From IMG/VR virus record IMGVR_UViG_3300036781_000418, positions 248,001-312,000 of that record: a stretch of DNA of 64,000 nucleotides. One strand, 5' to 3'. Made by a program: the position numbers and the translations under genes. Numbering within the stretch: position 1 is the stretch's first letter; each line of letters begins with the position of its first letter. The notes beneath the pieces were generated by a model. It did not search any database. It was not told where the DNA came from and worked only from the letters and a program-made list of their open reading frames with translations. Below are positions 36,879-45,690 of this stretch, piece after piece.

Positions 36879-37877
36879 ATGCATAAGTTCACCACAATTA
36901 ACCAGCTCCTGAACGAGGCCGCCGGCGGTCGCAAGAAGGACGTTGACTATGAAGATGTCATGGTCAACAAGAAGCAGCCTAAGGGCACTCCAAAGCCGCC
37001 GAAGGGCACGCCCGTCGAGAAGGTGCTGGACCGCGTGGTGGCCAACCTTAAGTCCCACCAGGCCGGCGCGTTCAGCCGCCTGACCGCACGCTACGAGCGC
37101 TTGGACAAGGTCATGAAGAACATGATCAAGGCCCGTGACGACGTCAACGACAAGGTGCGTGGTGAACTTGAGGAGCTGTTCGACGCCGAAGACGAAGTGC
37201 TGACGCGCGTCGTGCAGACCGCCTCTTGGACGATCACGCTGTCTAAGTTCGTGGCTGGCGCCGACAAGCCACCGAAGATTACCAAGGAGTACGAGGACAT
37301 CATCAAGGGGCTCATGGAGCTGATCGATGAGGAACTCGTGCCGAAGGCTGAAGAGATCATCAAGGCGTTCACGAAGGCGCTACCAGCCGATGACACCCCA
37401 ACCAAGCTGACCGTCAAGCCGGTTGGCGATAAGGCCGAGGACCTGTCCGAAGGGCTGCTGAAGCAGGCGAAGATCTGGCTGTCCAACTTCGTCTCCAAGA
37501 TGAAGTCATGGTGCAAGTCCTACGACCGCAAGCTGGCGGACCTGAAAGCTGACTTCGCGGCGATCGAAGAAAAGCCGATCGCCGAAGCGGCTGATTCCGC
37601 TCAAGCCAAGGTGGATGAGTACAACACCAAGAAGCTGGCTGATCAAGACAACTGGAAGGTCACCGACCGCGTCGGTGAAGAAGGTACTTGGAAGCTTGAC
37701 GATCAGATGCTTACTGGAACTATCCTCGCAGTGAGCGAAGATTATCCATATCTCTTCCTTGTTGAAGTTGAGCAGGCAATGAACAAGGTCGGCCGCCGGT
37801 GGGTAGATGAGCCAGTCAAGGGAGATGAAAAGTACTTTGAGCTGGACGAATCACAGTGGGAACATTCCTATCATTAA
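36879..37877 (+). CDS. Late protein with internal-protein-like N-terminus
   Basis: TAAATA 36849; MHKFTTINQLLNE. Confidence 0.75.
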   Translation: MHKFTTINQLLNEAAGGRKKDVDYEDVMVNKKQPKGTPKPPKGTPVEKVLDRVVANLKSHQAGAFSRLTARYERLDKVMKNMIKARDDVNDKVRGELEELFDAEDEVLTRVVQTASWTITLSKFVAGADKPPKITKEYEDIIKGLMELIDEELVPKAEEIIKAFTKALPADDTPTKLTVKPVGDKAEDLSEGLLKQAKIWLSNFVSKMKSWCKSYDRKLADLKADFAAIEEKPIAEAADSAQAKVDEYNTKKLADQDNWKVTDRVGEEGTWKLDDQMLTGTILAVSEDYPYLFLVEVEQAMNKVGRRWVDEPVKGDEKYFELDESQWEHSYH

Positions 37878-37925
37878 CCTGAGAGCAAAAGCACTCATAG
37901 GTTTCTAACAACTTACAATCAACAT

Positions 37926-37996
37926 CTCACCGCCAATGGATTGGTCCGATCCCTCCGAAGGATTGGTGTCGGGTTCGAATCCCGACGGTGGGTCCA
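37926..37996 (+). tRNA. Atypical tRNA-Arg(CCG), shortened D region
   Basis: Same scaffold as 7232..7302; GATCC-CTCCGAA-GGATT; TTCGAAT. Confidence 0.75.
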
Positions 37997-38010
37997 ACTG
38001 GAGATAGAAA

Positions 38011-38289
38011 ATGGCATTCATTCTTGAACAACTGCAGGCCCTGGCCGAAAAGAAGCGCGGTAAGAAGTGGAGCGCGGACGTTGAGACGAAGTGGGAACCT
38101 GAAGAGGGTTTCTTCGACGGCTCGGCTGGTAAGATCGCCAAGGGTCTCAAGGCCGCGAGCAAGGACCTGAAGCAGGCCATGTCGCGCCTGAACTTCTACG
38201 TCAACCGTGCTGGCAAGAAGCTGGACGACAAAGCCAAGGCCCGTCTGGACATGGCTAAGGAAAAGCTGAGCGCCTTGTATGAAGATTGA
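38011..38289 (+). CDS. DUF3175-like protein
   Basis: KKWSA...QAMSRLNFYVNRAGKKL. Confidence 0.7.
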   Translation: MAFILEQLQALAEKKRGKKWSADVETKWEPEEGFFDGSAGKIAKGLKAASKDLKQAMSRLNFYVNRAGKKLDDKAKARLDMAKEKLSALYED

Positions 38290-38590
38290 TCAACTGCTTG
38301 AGGCCGAAGACAAGCCAAAATGGAAAACTAGATCAGTTGAGGCCGCGCTGAAAAACGGCTACAACGAAATCTCGGACTTCATGTCTGGAAAGCTTAACAT
38401 CAAAGGCTTTGCCGACTTCATCTCCAACATGGCCATGAGCCAGACTGAAAATTCGCGTGAAGCACGCGTGAAGTCAAATCTAGAAACTGCCGCAAGGCAC
38501 ATCTACAAGCACCTCAAGAAGGAAGGCAAGTACTCGGAAGAGGAGCTTGACGACTTGATGGACGCCATTGAAGAATTGGAAGAATCATGA
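38279..38590 (+). CDS. Hypothetical protein
   Basis: MKIDQLLE (GTG/ATG coupled). Confidence 0.65.
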   Translation: MKIDQLLEAEDKPKWKTRSVEAALKNGYNEISDFMSGKLNIKGFADFISNMAMSQTENSREARVKSNLETAARHIYKHLKKEGKYSEEELDDLMDAIEELEES

Positions 38591-39261
38591 AACGCATCAT
38601 TGAACTACGCGCCGCTGAAGGCGGCGAAGACAGCAAGCTGTTCGTCAAGGACCTTGCTTCAGCCTACATCAAGCTCGCGCAACGCGAAGGCTGAACTACC
38701 CGCCTGGTGGACGATCGCCTGGGAGAGCTTCACCTTGAAGTCTCCGGCGACGATCTATCAGAGCTCAACAACGAGCCAGGCGGACACCGTATCCAGCGCA
38801 TCCCACCGACCGAGCGTCGTGGCCGTGTGCACTCCTCCACCGTCACGGTGGCGGTCATTGATCCCAAGGAACGACGTACCATCGAGTACAACGACCGAGA
38901 CTTCAAACTCGAGTGGTACTCTGGAACGGGGGCGGGCGGTCAACACCGCAACAAGCACCAGAACTCCTGTCGCCTTACGCACCTCCAAACCAAGGAGGTC
39001 GCCACTGCCCAGTGCCGTTCACGTGAGAACTCCTTCGCCCAAGCGCAGTCCGAGCTGTTGGCAAGGCTGAACGGCTCGGCCCTCAGCTCCGACCTAAAGG
39101 AAGTTGCCCAGTTCCGTAAGGAGCAGGTCGGTTCAGGCGAACGTGGTGACAAGATCCGCACGTACCGCTTCCAAGACGACCAGGTGAAGGACCACCGTAC
39201 GGGGCAGACCGCCGTGTTGTCCAAGGTCATGCAAGGTAACTTCAGGTTGCTTTGGTCCTAA
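38587..39261 (+). CDS. prfA: Class-1 peptide chain release factor (RF1-type, N-domain-less) with in-frame TGA at codon 36
   Basis: IIELRAAEGGEDS; HRIQRIPPTE (PxT); GAGGQH; IRTYRF; TGA 38692-38694 in frame. Confidence 0.85.
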
Positions 39262-39303
39262 GCTGGGGACGCTGACGATGTGGCGACGACCTATGATCAT
39301 AGT

Positions 39304-40170
39304 ATGAACGCCCTCATCATCGGCTCCACCGCCATGTACCACTGGTTCCCAGACGCTCGGAAGCCGAAGGACCTTGACCTCCTAACGCCCGCCAAGATCG
39401 TCGGGAACCATGGTGACGTGTGCGTAGTCGATGCCCAGTGGCACGAGGCCGCTGAGGCAATCATGATGGCGTCGACCGACAAAGTCTTCGCCACGCCTAA
39501 CGTCCTGCTGACCCTGAAGGTAGCCCACGCCCACTGGAACGTTGAGCACCAGAAGACGCTGTTCGACATCAAGTTCCTGCAGGACAAGGGTGCTGAGGTC
39601 ATCGAGCACCTGTACCTTGCCCTGATTCCAGTGTTCACTGCGCGGTACGGCAAGAACAAGGTTACCGTGAACAAGCCCATGAGGGAGTTCTTTACGGACG
39701 CGGTGCCACGTGCGTACGACCATGAGTGGCTGCACGAGAAGTTGGCCTTTCACGGTCGCCCAATCCACGAACGACTGCGTCCAGACATGGGCAACGTCTG
39801 GTGCTCACGTGAACTGTTCGAGCGACTGTCCTACGATGACCAGTGCGCGTGCGCCCTTGAAGAGATCTTGGTGACCGCCGTTGAACGGCGAAACCTAACC
39901 ACACACAGCAAACGAAGTGAACTGCTCTCCGCTGTGTACCTCGCTCACCACAAGCTCTGCACCACCATGGCGTCAGGCTGGTTCGCGCGGTTCAACATCG
40001 AGCACCACCACGAACTTTTGATTAACCGGAGAATCCAATGGATGACACATCTAACCCAAGCCTTGTCGAGCTTGCCACCACCGACGCCCGGGGCTTTCTA
40101 TCAGCCTTCCTTGAACGACAAAGTGAAGGTCGATGCAACACCCATGACGTCTACCAGTTCCAGCACCTGA
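39304..40170 (+). CDS. Nucleotidyltransferase-like phage protein
   Basis: IIGSTA..KPKDLDLL motif; YDHEWLH; C-terminal 133 nt overlap next gene. Confidence 0.7.
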   Translation: MNALIIGSTAMYHWFPDARKPKDLDLLTPAKIVGNHGDVCVVDAQWHEAAEAIMMASTDKVFATPNVLLTLKVAHAHWNVEHQKTLFDIKFLQDKGAEVIEHLYLALIPVFTARYGKNKVTVNKPMREFFTDAVPRAYDHEWLHEKLAFHGRPIHERLRPDMGNVWCSRELFERLSYDDQCACALEEILVTAVERRNLTTHSKRSELLSAVYLAHHKLCTTMASGWFARFNIEHHHELLINRRIQWMTHLTQALSSLPPPTPGAFYQPSLNDKVKVDATPMTSTSSST

Positions 40171-40403
40171 AGCATTGGGACGGGGTCGACGGCGTCTCCA
40201 TCGAGCTTGTTCACTCCGAAGGTGGCGGTGAAGGCGAAGGTGAACACGTCGAACGCATCTTTGAGGTTGCCGCCAACGGCGCGGTAGTGTCGCACATCCG
40301 CGTGACTGGCTTCTACGCCTCGTACAACGGCACTGACTACAACGACGACTGGCACTTCGTCAAGCCACAAGAGGTGGTCGTAACGCAGTACGTCAAGTCG
40401 TAA
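40038..40403 (+). CDS. Hypothetical phage protein
   Basis: GGGEGEGE...GFYASYNG motif. Confidence 0.7.
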   Translation: MDDTSNPSLVELATTDARGFLSAFLERQSEGRCNTHDVYQFQHLKHWDGVDGVSIELVHSEGGGEGEGEHVERIFEVAANGAVVSHIRVTGFYASYNGTDYNDDWHFVKPQEVVVTQYVKS

Positions 40404-40524
40404 GCGGCTGAATCTGTAATAAATAGGGGCGCTTTGCCCCTATTCCGTTTTCCAGGACTAAATAGAGGATTGATAGACCGCAAGAGATGCAGTACGAGTC
40501 TAGCCGGCATATTGGGAGACATAG

Positions 40525-41412
40525 ATGAAGTTCATCATCGGGCTAGTGTTGGCCCTGGCGCCGCTGCTCATGGCCAACAGCCAGCAGGTCGTCACAGTTT
40601 CGGGCATCGCAGTCCCGCCACACAGCAACGCGCCGCTGTTCACGCTCTACAGCGGCTCACCCAAAGGGGCCTACACCCGCCTCGCCGAAGACCTGCAACG
40701 GGTCTGTACGAACCTCAACATTCAAATCCAACCAACTGACGGTGCCGTTGCCAACATGAAGGCCCTCTCCGACGAGCAGGTCATTCGTACCGGGGTCCGC
40801 ATCGCCTTCGCGCAGCAGGACGTCGTCGTGGCCTTGTCTGGTCAGGGTTACCCAGCGCCGAAGGTCGTCATGCCGCTCTACAACGAGGACGTAAACGTGC
40901 TCGTCAACGTCGGCTCCCACATCGGTTCGTTGAGGGACCTCAACGGCAAGCGAGTCGCGGTCGGTAAGCCTGGTTCCGGCAACTGGCAGACCGCCAAGAC
41001 GATCCGTGAAGAGCTGAAGATCAACTGGATTCCAGTTGAACAGTCCCCAGACGAGTCCATCCTTGGGCTCCTAACCGGTGAGGTGGACGCCATGATCCTA
41101 ACCTCCGGTCACCCAATCAAGCTCTTCTCCGAGCTGAGCGGCAACATGCGTAGCCTCATTACCATGCTGCCAACCACCGAACTCAAGAGCTACTCCACCG
41201 TCGAGAAGCTCCCAGCGAACACGTATCTTTGGCAACCTACCGAAGTTGAGATGAAGTCGACCAGATCGCTGCTGATCGCCGCTTCAGGCACAACTCAAGC
41301 CGAGATGAACGAGGTGCTGATGTGCGTCTCGTCCAACAAGGAGGTGCTGAAGAAGCTCGGCCATCCTGCATGGAACCAGGTGACCTTTCCAACCACTAAG
41401 AGATCCAAGTAA
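40525..41412 (+). CDS. TAXI-family TRAP solute-binding protein
   Basis: Signal peptide; SGSPKGAY; TDGAVANM; DLNGKRVAVGKPGSG. Confidence 0.85.
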   Translation: MKFIIGLVLALAPLLMANSQQVVTVSGIAVPPHSNAPLFTLYSGSPKGAYTRLAEDLQRVCTNLNIQIQPTDGAVANMKALSDEQVIRTGVRIAFAQQDVVVALSGQGYPAPKVVMPLYNEDVNVLVNVGSHIGSLRDLNGKRVAVGKPGSGNWQTAKTIREELKINWIPVEQSPDESILGLLTGEVDAMILTSGHPIKLFSELSGNMRSLITMLPTTELKSYSTVEKLPANTYLWQPTEVEMKSTRSLLIAASGTTQAEMNEVLMCVSSNKEVLKKLGHPAWNQVTFPTTKRSK

Positions 41413-42114
41413 ATGAGCGACAAGTCCCCACTCGACACCGTCAGCGAGGTGTTCCAGGTTCTTCAGGATATTTCAGACAAGCTGACCATCGTACGGATCA
41501 TCACCGTGCTCGTGGTCGGGCTGATGGCGACTGGACTGTCCATGCTGTACGAGAACCGTGCTACCCTGTTTCAGACGGCCTTCGTGCGGGTGACTGGAGA
41601 TCCTGAACCAAAGGCGGGCTGGGCCATCTCGGACGAGACTCAGAAGCAGCTCAACAACTTCGTGACGTCCGTCGACCTAGTGAACTTCGTCACGGTGGTT
41701 GAGGTCGACCTAAAGAAGAACGTCCGTTGGCCGCGCTACGTCTTCTTCGACGACACGGAAGGCCAGCAGACGAAGGACCAGATCCTTGGCGTCCTGCCGC
41801 AGTCCATGTTTGACTACGACCAGAAGAACACGACCCAGATGGTCTCAGTGCTCCAGAACGAGTTCACCTGCGTTCGACTGCAGGACACTAACTACCAACG
41901 CACCGTGCCAAACCTGGCCAAGAAGGTGCCGATCATCTGCCGCATCGCCATTCCACCGTTCTACAACAAGTTTGCCGGCTACATCGACATTGGCCTAAAC
42001 CAAGCCCCAACGAAGTACGAGCTGGATTCTCTACGGATTGAGGCAACTCGACTCGCCGTGGAAATCTACCTCCGTGACGTCGTGAAGAAACCGGTCGGTT
42101 ACCCGCTTAACTGA
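41413..42114 (+). CDS. Single-TM protein, T4 holin-T/GAF-like, paralog 1
   Basis: N-terminal TM; CRIAIPPFYNKFAGYI; RLAVEIY. Confidence 0.6.
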   Translation: MSDKSPLDTVSEVFQVLQDISDKLTIVRIITVLVVGLMATGLSMLYENRATLFQTAFVRVTGDPEPKAGWAISDETQKQLNNFVTSVDLVNFVTVVEVDLKKNVRWPRYVFFDDTEGQQTKDQILGVLPQSMFDYDQKNTTQMVSVLQNEFTCVRLQDTNYQRTVPNLAKKVPIICRIAIPPFYNKFAGYIDIGLNQAPTKYELDSLRIEATRLAVEIYLRDVVKKPVGYPLN

Positions 42115-42172
42115 GCAAATCCAGTCATCCCGGCCCATAGCTCCATAAATATCCTTGTAACTCGGAGCTAAC

Positions 42173-42844
42173 ATGGACTACAAGAAGGCACTGCCGCTAA
42201 TCGACAAGTTTCTTGGATGGGTGTCCATCAAGCGCGTGGTCATGCTCGCGCTGATCATCGTGGTGTGCATCACCACCCAGACGATCTTTGAGAACCGGGC
42301 GCAGCTCAGCGAGGGTATCGCGGACCGTGGCAAGGAGCACAACGTGTTCGACGCCCCGATCAAGCTATCGAAGAACTCGGAAGAGGCGATCAAGAACCTC
42401 GTGAACAACCACTCAGAGATCCTGCTGGCGACCGTCATGTCTGTGAACATGCGCGCCCTGCAGCGGACCCCAGTCTTCTTCTACTCTGGCGACGCACAGG
42501 TCACGAAGATGATTGACGGTCAGCTCTCCCAGCGCACTGGAACCCTCCCAATCTTTACGCACGATGAGAAGGCCGACGGCGAGATCGTCGGCCTTATGAA
42601 CGGGGACTTCTCCTGCGTTAAATACTCGGACACCGTGAACGCCTCCATCTTCCCATCGCTGGTCGGGAAGGTAAAGCTGCTCTGCCGTGTTGGTCTTCCA
42701 CCGTACAAGGGTAACTTCTCTGGGTACATCTCCTTGCTGGTGATGGACTTGAGCGGTCCGTACAAGGAAGACGAGATCCGCCTTGAGCTTACCAAGGTCG
42801 CTACCGACATCTACCTGTCCGATGTCGTCGGCAAGCAACGTTAA
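42173..42844 (+). CDS. Single-TM protein, T4 holin-T/GAF-like, paralog 2
   Basis: TAAATA 42146; CRVGLPPYKGNFSGYI; KVATDIY. Confidence 0.6.
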   Translation: MDYKKALPLIDKFLGWVSIKRVVMLALIIVVCITTQTIFENRAQLSEGIADRGKEHNVFDAPIKLSKNSEEAIKNLVNNHSEILLATVMSVNMRALQRTPVFFYSGDAQVTKMIDGQLSQRTGTLPIFTHDEKADGEIVGLMNGDFSCVKYSDTVNASIFPSLVGKVKLLCRVGLPPYKGNFSGYISLLVMDLSGPYKEDEIRLELTKVATDIYLSDVVGKQR

Positions 42845-42864
42845 GGACAGATAAGGTCCACACC

Positions 42865-43077
42865 ATGCACATGGGAATGATTCCACTTCTACTGCTGTTC
42901 ATTACCGTCATTGGGGTGGTCGGCATCGTGCTGTATCGTACCATCTGGTGCCGCCTGTTTCGCCATCCGACTAACGACCGTCGTGAAGCGGAGCTTGACT
43001 TTGAAGGTCGAGACCGCCGTCGCGGCAACCGCACTGGAACGGCCGCAGACCGCAAGGACACAGTTCCCACGCCCTAA
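42865..43077 (+). CDS. Small single-TM protein with basic tail
   Basis: Hydrophobic N-terminus, DRRRG tail. Confidence 0.55.
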   Translation: MHMGMIPLLLLFITVIGVVGIVLYRTIWCRLFRHPTNDRREAELDFEGRDRRRGNRTGTAADRKDTVPTP

Positions 43078-43174
43078 ATAGGACTCACGTTGAATCTAAG
43101 GTTCGGGCCAATGTGCAAACATTCGGCCCGAGTTTGATTTGCGCGACTGTATAACACATAGTAGGATAGAACAA

Positions 43175-43630
43175 ATGGAACAACTAGACGAACTCCAATA
43201 TGAAAAGAAGCCACGAGCTGGCCTAATCCCGTACATCATGGGTCAGGATGGGCGGTACCGTTACCTGATGATGATCGCCTCTAACTCGAAGTTCGGTGGC
43301 CCAAGACCAATGATCTCCAAGGGCAAGATTGAGGAGGGTGAGACCCCCTACATCGCCGCGGTTCGCGAGGCCGAGGAGGAACTTGGGTTGATCGCGTACA
43401 ACATGAAGGGAACCCCCGCCCTCCTCACCGAGGAACAGGTCACCCTTCGATCCGGAACTTACTTCTTTACGGTGTACGCCGTGGAGATCTACGATCGCTC
43501 CCTCTTCAACATGTGGTGTAGCGAGACGGAGTATACGGAGTGGTACACGCTCGACGAATTCCAACAACATGGACGACGCGATCACATCAAGTTCATCCAA
43601 CAACTCGAACAACAGCTTAGACAAACCTAA
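43175..43630 (+). CDS. NUDIX hydrolase
   Basis: KGKIEEGETPYIAAVREAEEELG. Confidence 0.9.
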   Translation: MEQLDELQYEKKPRAGLIPYIMGQDGRYRYLMMIASNSKFGGPRPMISKGKIEEGETPYIAAVREAEEELGLIAYNMKGTPALLTEEQVTLRSGTYFFTVYAVEIYDRSLFNMWCSETEYTEWYTLDEFQQHGRRDHIKFIQQLEQQLRQT

Positions 43631-43643
43631 ATGAGATAGCATA

Positions 43644-44309
43644 ATGGCAAAGGTACTCTTCCTTGACAAATCAGGTCAACCACTTGACTGGGGCACGTGG
43701 CGTGACGCCGTGGAGCACTACGCTAAGGACCACGTGCTGTGGGAACTTGGCGACAAGAACCGTGAGTCGATCACGTTCCGTGGCGGGTTCAACTGCAACG
43801 GCGATCAGTCAAAGATCTCGGTCGCACCGATCATCGCCTTGAACGGTGAGGCCACGGGTCGTAAGCGCTACAAGATCCCAACCCTGAACAACCGGTACCT
43901 GTTTGCCCGTGACCGTTGGACCTGCGCGTACTGCGGCTCGACCAACCCCAACGAGTCAAAGCTGTCGTGCGACCACGTCGTGCCGCGTTCCCGTGGTGGC
44001 AAGGACATCTGGGAAAACGTCGTCACCTCCTGCGGTCCATGCAACAACTTCAAGGACAACTGGCTGTTGAGTGAAATTGGGATGGAGCTCAGGTACGTGC
44101 CGTACGTCCCGACACAGGCCGACATCCTGTTCATGGAGTCTCAGGGCATTCTCCCGAGTCAGGCCGAGTACCTGCTGCCGTTCTGCTCCGAGCGTGCTCG
44201 GCTCTCGTTCCAGGGCGTCGCGAACCAAGGTGGTCCCGCGTTGAACCACCTTGAAGAGGCGGCTCGGGCGGCTGGACCTCGTCGTTCGAAGGCACCGACC
44301 CGTAAGTAA
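43644..44309 (+). CDS. HNH endonuclease (McrA-like)
   Basis: RDRWTCAYCG..DHVVPRSRGG..WENVVTSCGPCN. Confidence 0.9.
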   Translation: MAKVLFLDKSGQPLDWGTWRDAVEHYAKDHVLWELGDKNRESITFRGGFNCNGDQSKISVAPIIALNGEATGRKRYKIPTLNNRYLFARDRWTCAYCGSTNPNESKLSCDHVVPRSRGGKDIWENVVTSCGPCNNFKDNWLLSEIGMELRYVPYVPTQADILFMESQGILPSQAEYLLPFCSERARLSFQGVANQGGPALNHLEEAARAAGPRRSKAPTRK

Positions 44310-44393
44310 CCTGGATGGTTCCTCCGTAATGGGACCATCTAGACAACTACGGGTCGTCCAACAACGTACAATGGTCGTAACAACTGGTGCAGC

Positions 44394-44834
44394 ATGATCG
44401 ATTCAAACAAGGTTCTCGGTGCGGCGATGCTTATCTCGCTCGCCCTTCTCACGCTCGTTGACATTACGGGAACGGGTGGTGTGGTGCGGTTGGCGGTCAG
44501 CTTAGTGGTGTTCCCACTGCTCTCGCTGTTCATCACCTGGCTGTTTGGAATTGTGATGGAGGCGGTCGGGCTTGGACACAAGCTAATGCAGCCTCCGGTC
44601 ATGCACGACCTTGAGCCTGAGGTCATCATCGGCGAGTTGGTCGGTCAGTCGACGACGGTGGCTGGTTCGCTCAACGGCGATCCGTTTCCGGAGTGGGTCG
44701 ACATTCTCCAAGCGAAGACGGGTGATACCCTTCGGTACTACTACCACTCCGTGGAGATTCCAAACTACATGTACCCAGTTGGGTACATCGTCATGACCTT
44801 CGGCAAGGCGCACCTCGTCTACGCTGGCACCTGA
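44394..44834 (+). CDS. Membrane protein
   Basis: Two N-terminal TM segments. Confidence 0.65.
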   Translation: MIDSNKVLGAAMLISLALLTLVDITGTGGVVRLAVSLVVFPLLSLFITWLFGIVMEAVGLGHKLMQPPVMHDLEPEVIIGELVGQSTTVAGSLNGDPFPEWVDILQAKTGDTLRYYYHSVEIPNYMYPVGYIVMTFGKAHLVYAGT

Positions 44835-44955
44835 TCCTGGGTATCGTGTGCATGGCTACGCCGCCTGCATACAATAGGCAGACCGGTTAAGCACCGGTTG
44901 ACTACCCAAACCGCGCCCTCACGGGTCCCTTCTTCGTTTGATTCCAAAGTAGTTT

Positions 44956-45396
44956 ATGTCCACACTCATCACGACCATCAAAGTTGACCAACTGGCCGCC
45001 CGCAAGGCCCGCGAGCAAGGTAAGACCGCGCTCCTCACCACGTTGATCGGCGAAGCTGACACGAAGGCGAAGAATGAAGGGACCACCCTGCTGTCTGATG
45101 AGAAGACGCTCAAGCTCGTGACGACGTTCATCTCCAACCTACGTGACAACCTGAAGCTCATCGAGCCAAACTCGATCGCTGGCATTCAGGCGACGCAGGA
45201 GATCGAGATCCTTGAAAAGTACGTGCCCACGCAGCTCACTGAAGATGAGCTTGTGGCGAAGGTCAAGGCCATCCTTGTGGATTCGCCCGAGGTCCCTAAG
45301 ATCGGCGTCCTGATGGGCGCCCTCAAACAACAACTTACCCCAGGCACCTACGACGGAAAGCTCTTGGCCGACGTCGTAAAGCGCCTGATCAGTTAA
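44956..45396 (+). CDS. GatB/YqeY-domain protein
   Basis: QEIEILEKYVPTQLTEDEL; IGVLMGALK; YDGKLL. Confidence 0.85.
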   Translation: MSTLITTIKVDQLAARKAREQGKTALLTTLIGEADTKAKNEGTTLLSDEKTLKLVTTFISNLRDNLKLIEPNSIAGIQATQEIEILEKYVPTQLTEDELVAKVKAILVDSPEVPKIGVLMGALKQQLTPGTYDGKLLADVVKRLIS

Positions 45397-45446
45397 CCCT
45401 TTTTGGTTCGTGGTTGAACCGTTGATATTGCTTATCATCTAAAGCA

Positions 45447-45640
45447 CTGTGAACCCCTGTTCGTCGGATCCAGCCTCAAAGCCGACTATCTGCAAGTAAG
45501 AAGACTTGAACGTGTCTCAGGTAGCTGGGATGTGATTTAGCTGCATATCACTAAAAAGTAGCAGGCCTAACGGGATGCCTATTACTCCGTTGTTCGGTCG
45601 TACCATCGTGTGACCGTCCCTTGCGATGTCGTTTTTCGCT
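45447..45640 (+). ncRNA. Candidate Y RNA(s) upstream of Ro60
   Basis: Multi-hairpin non-coding region directly 5' of TROVE gene. Confidence 0.5.
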
Positions 45641-45690
45641 CAACCACGTTTCCTTTTCTCTCGTTGAAACCCTTTGTTTTGGAGAACCAG

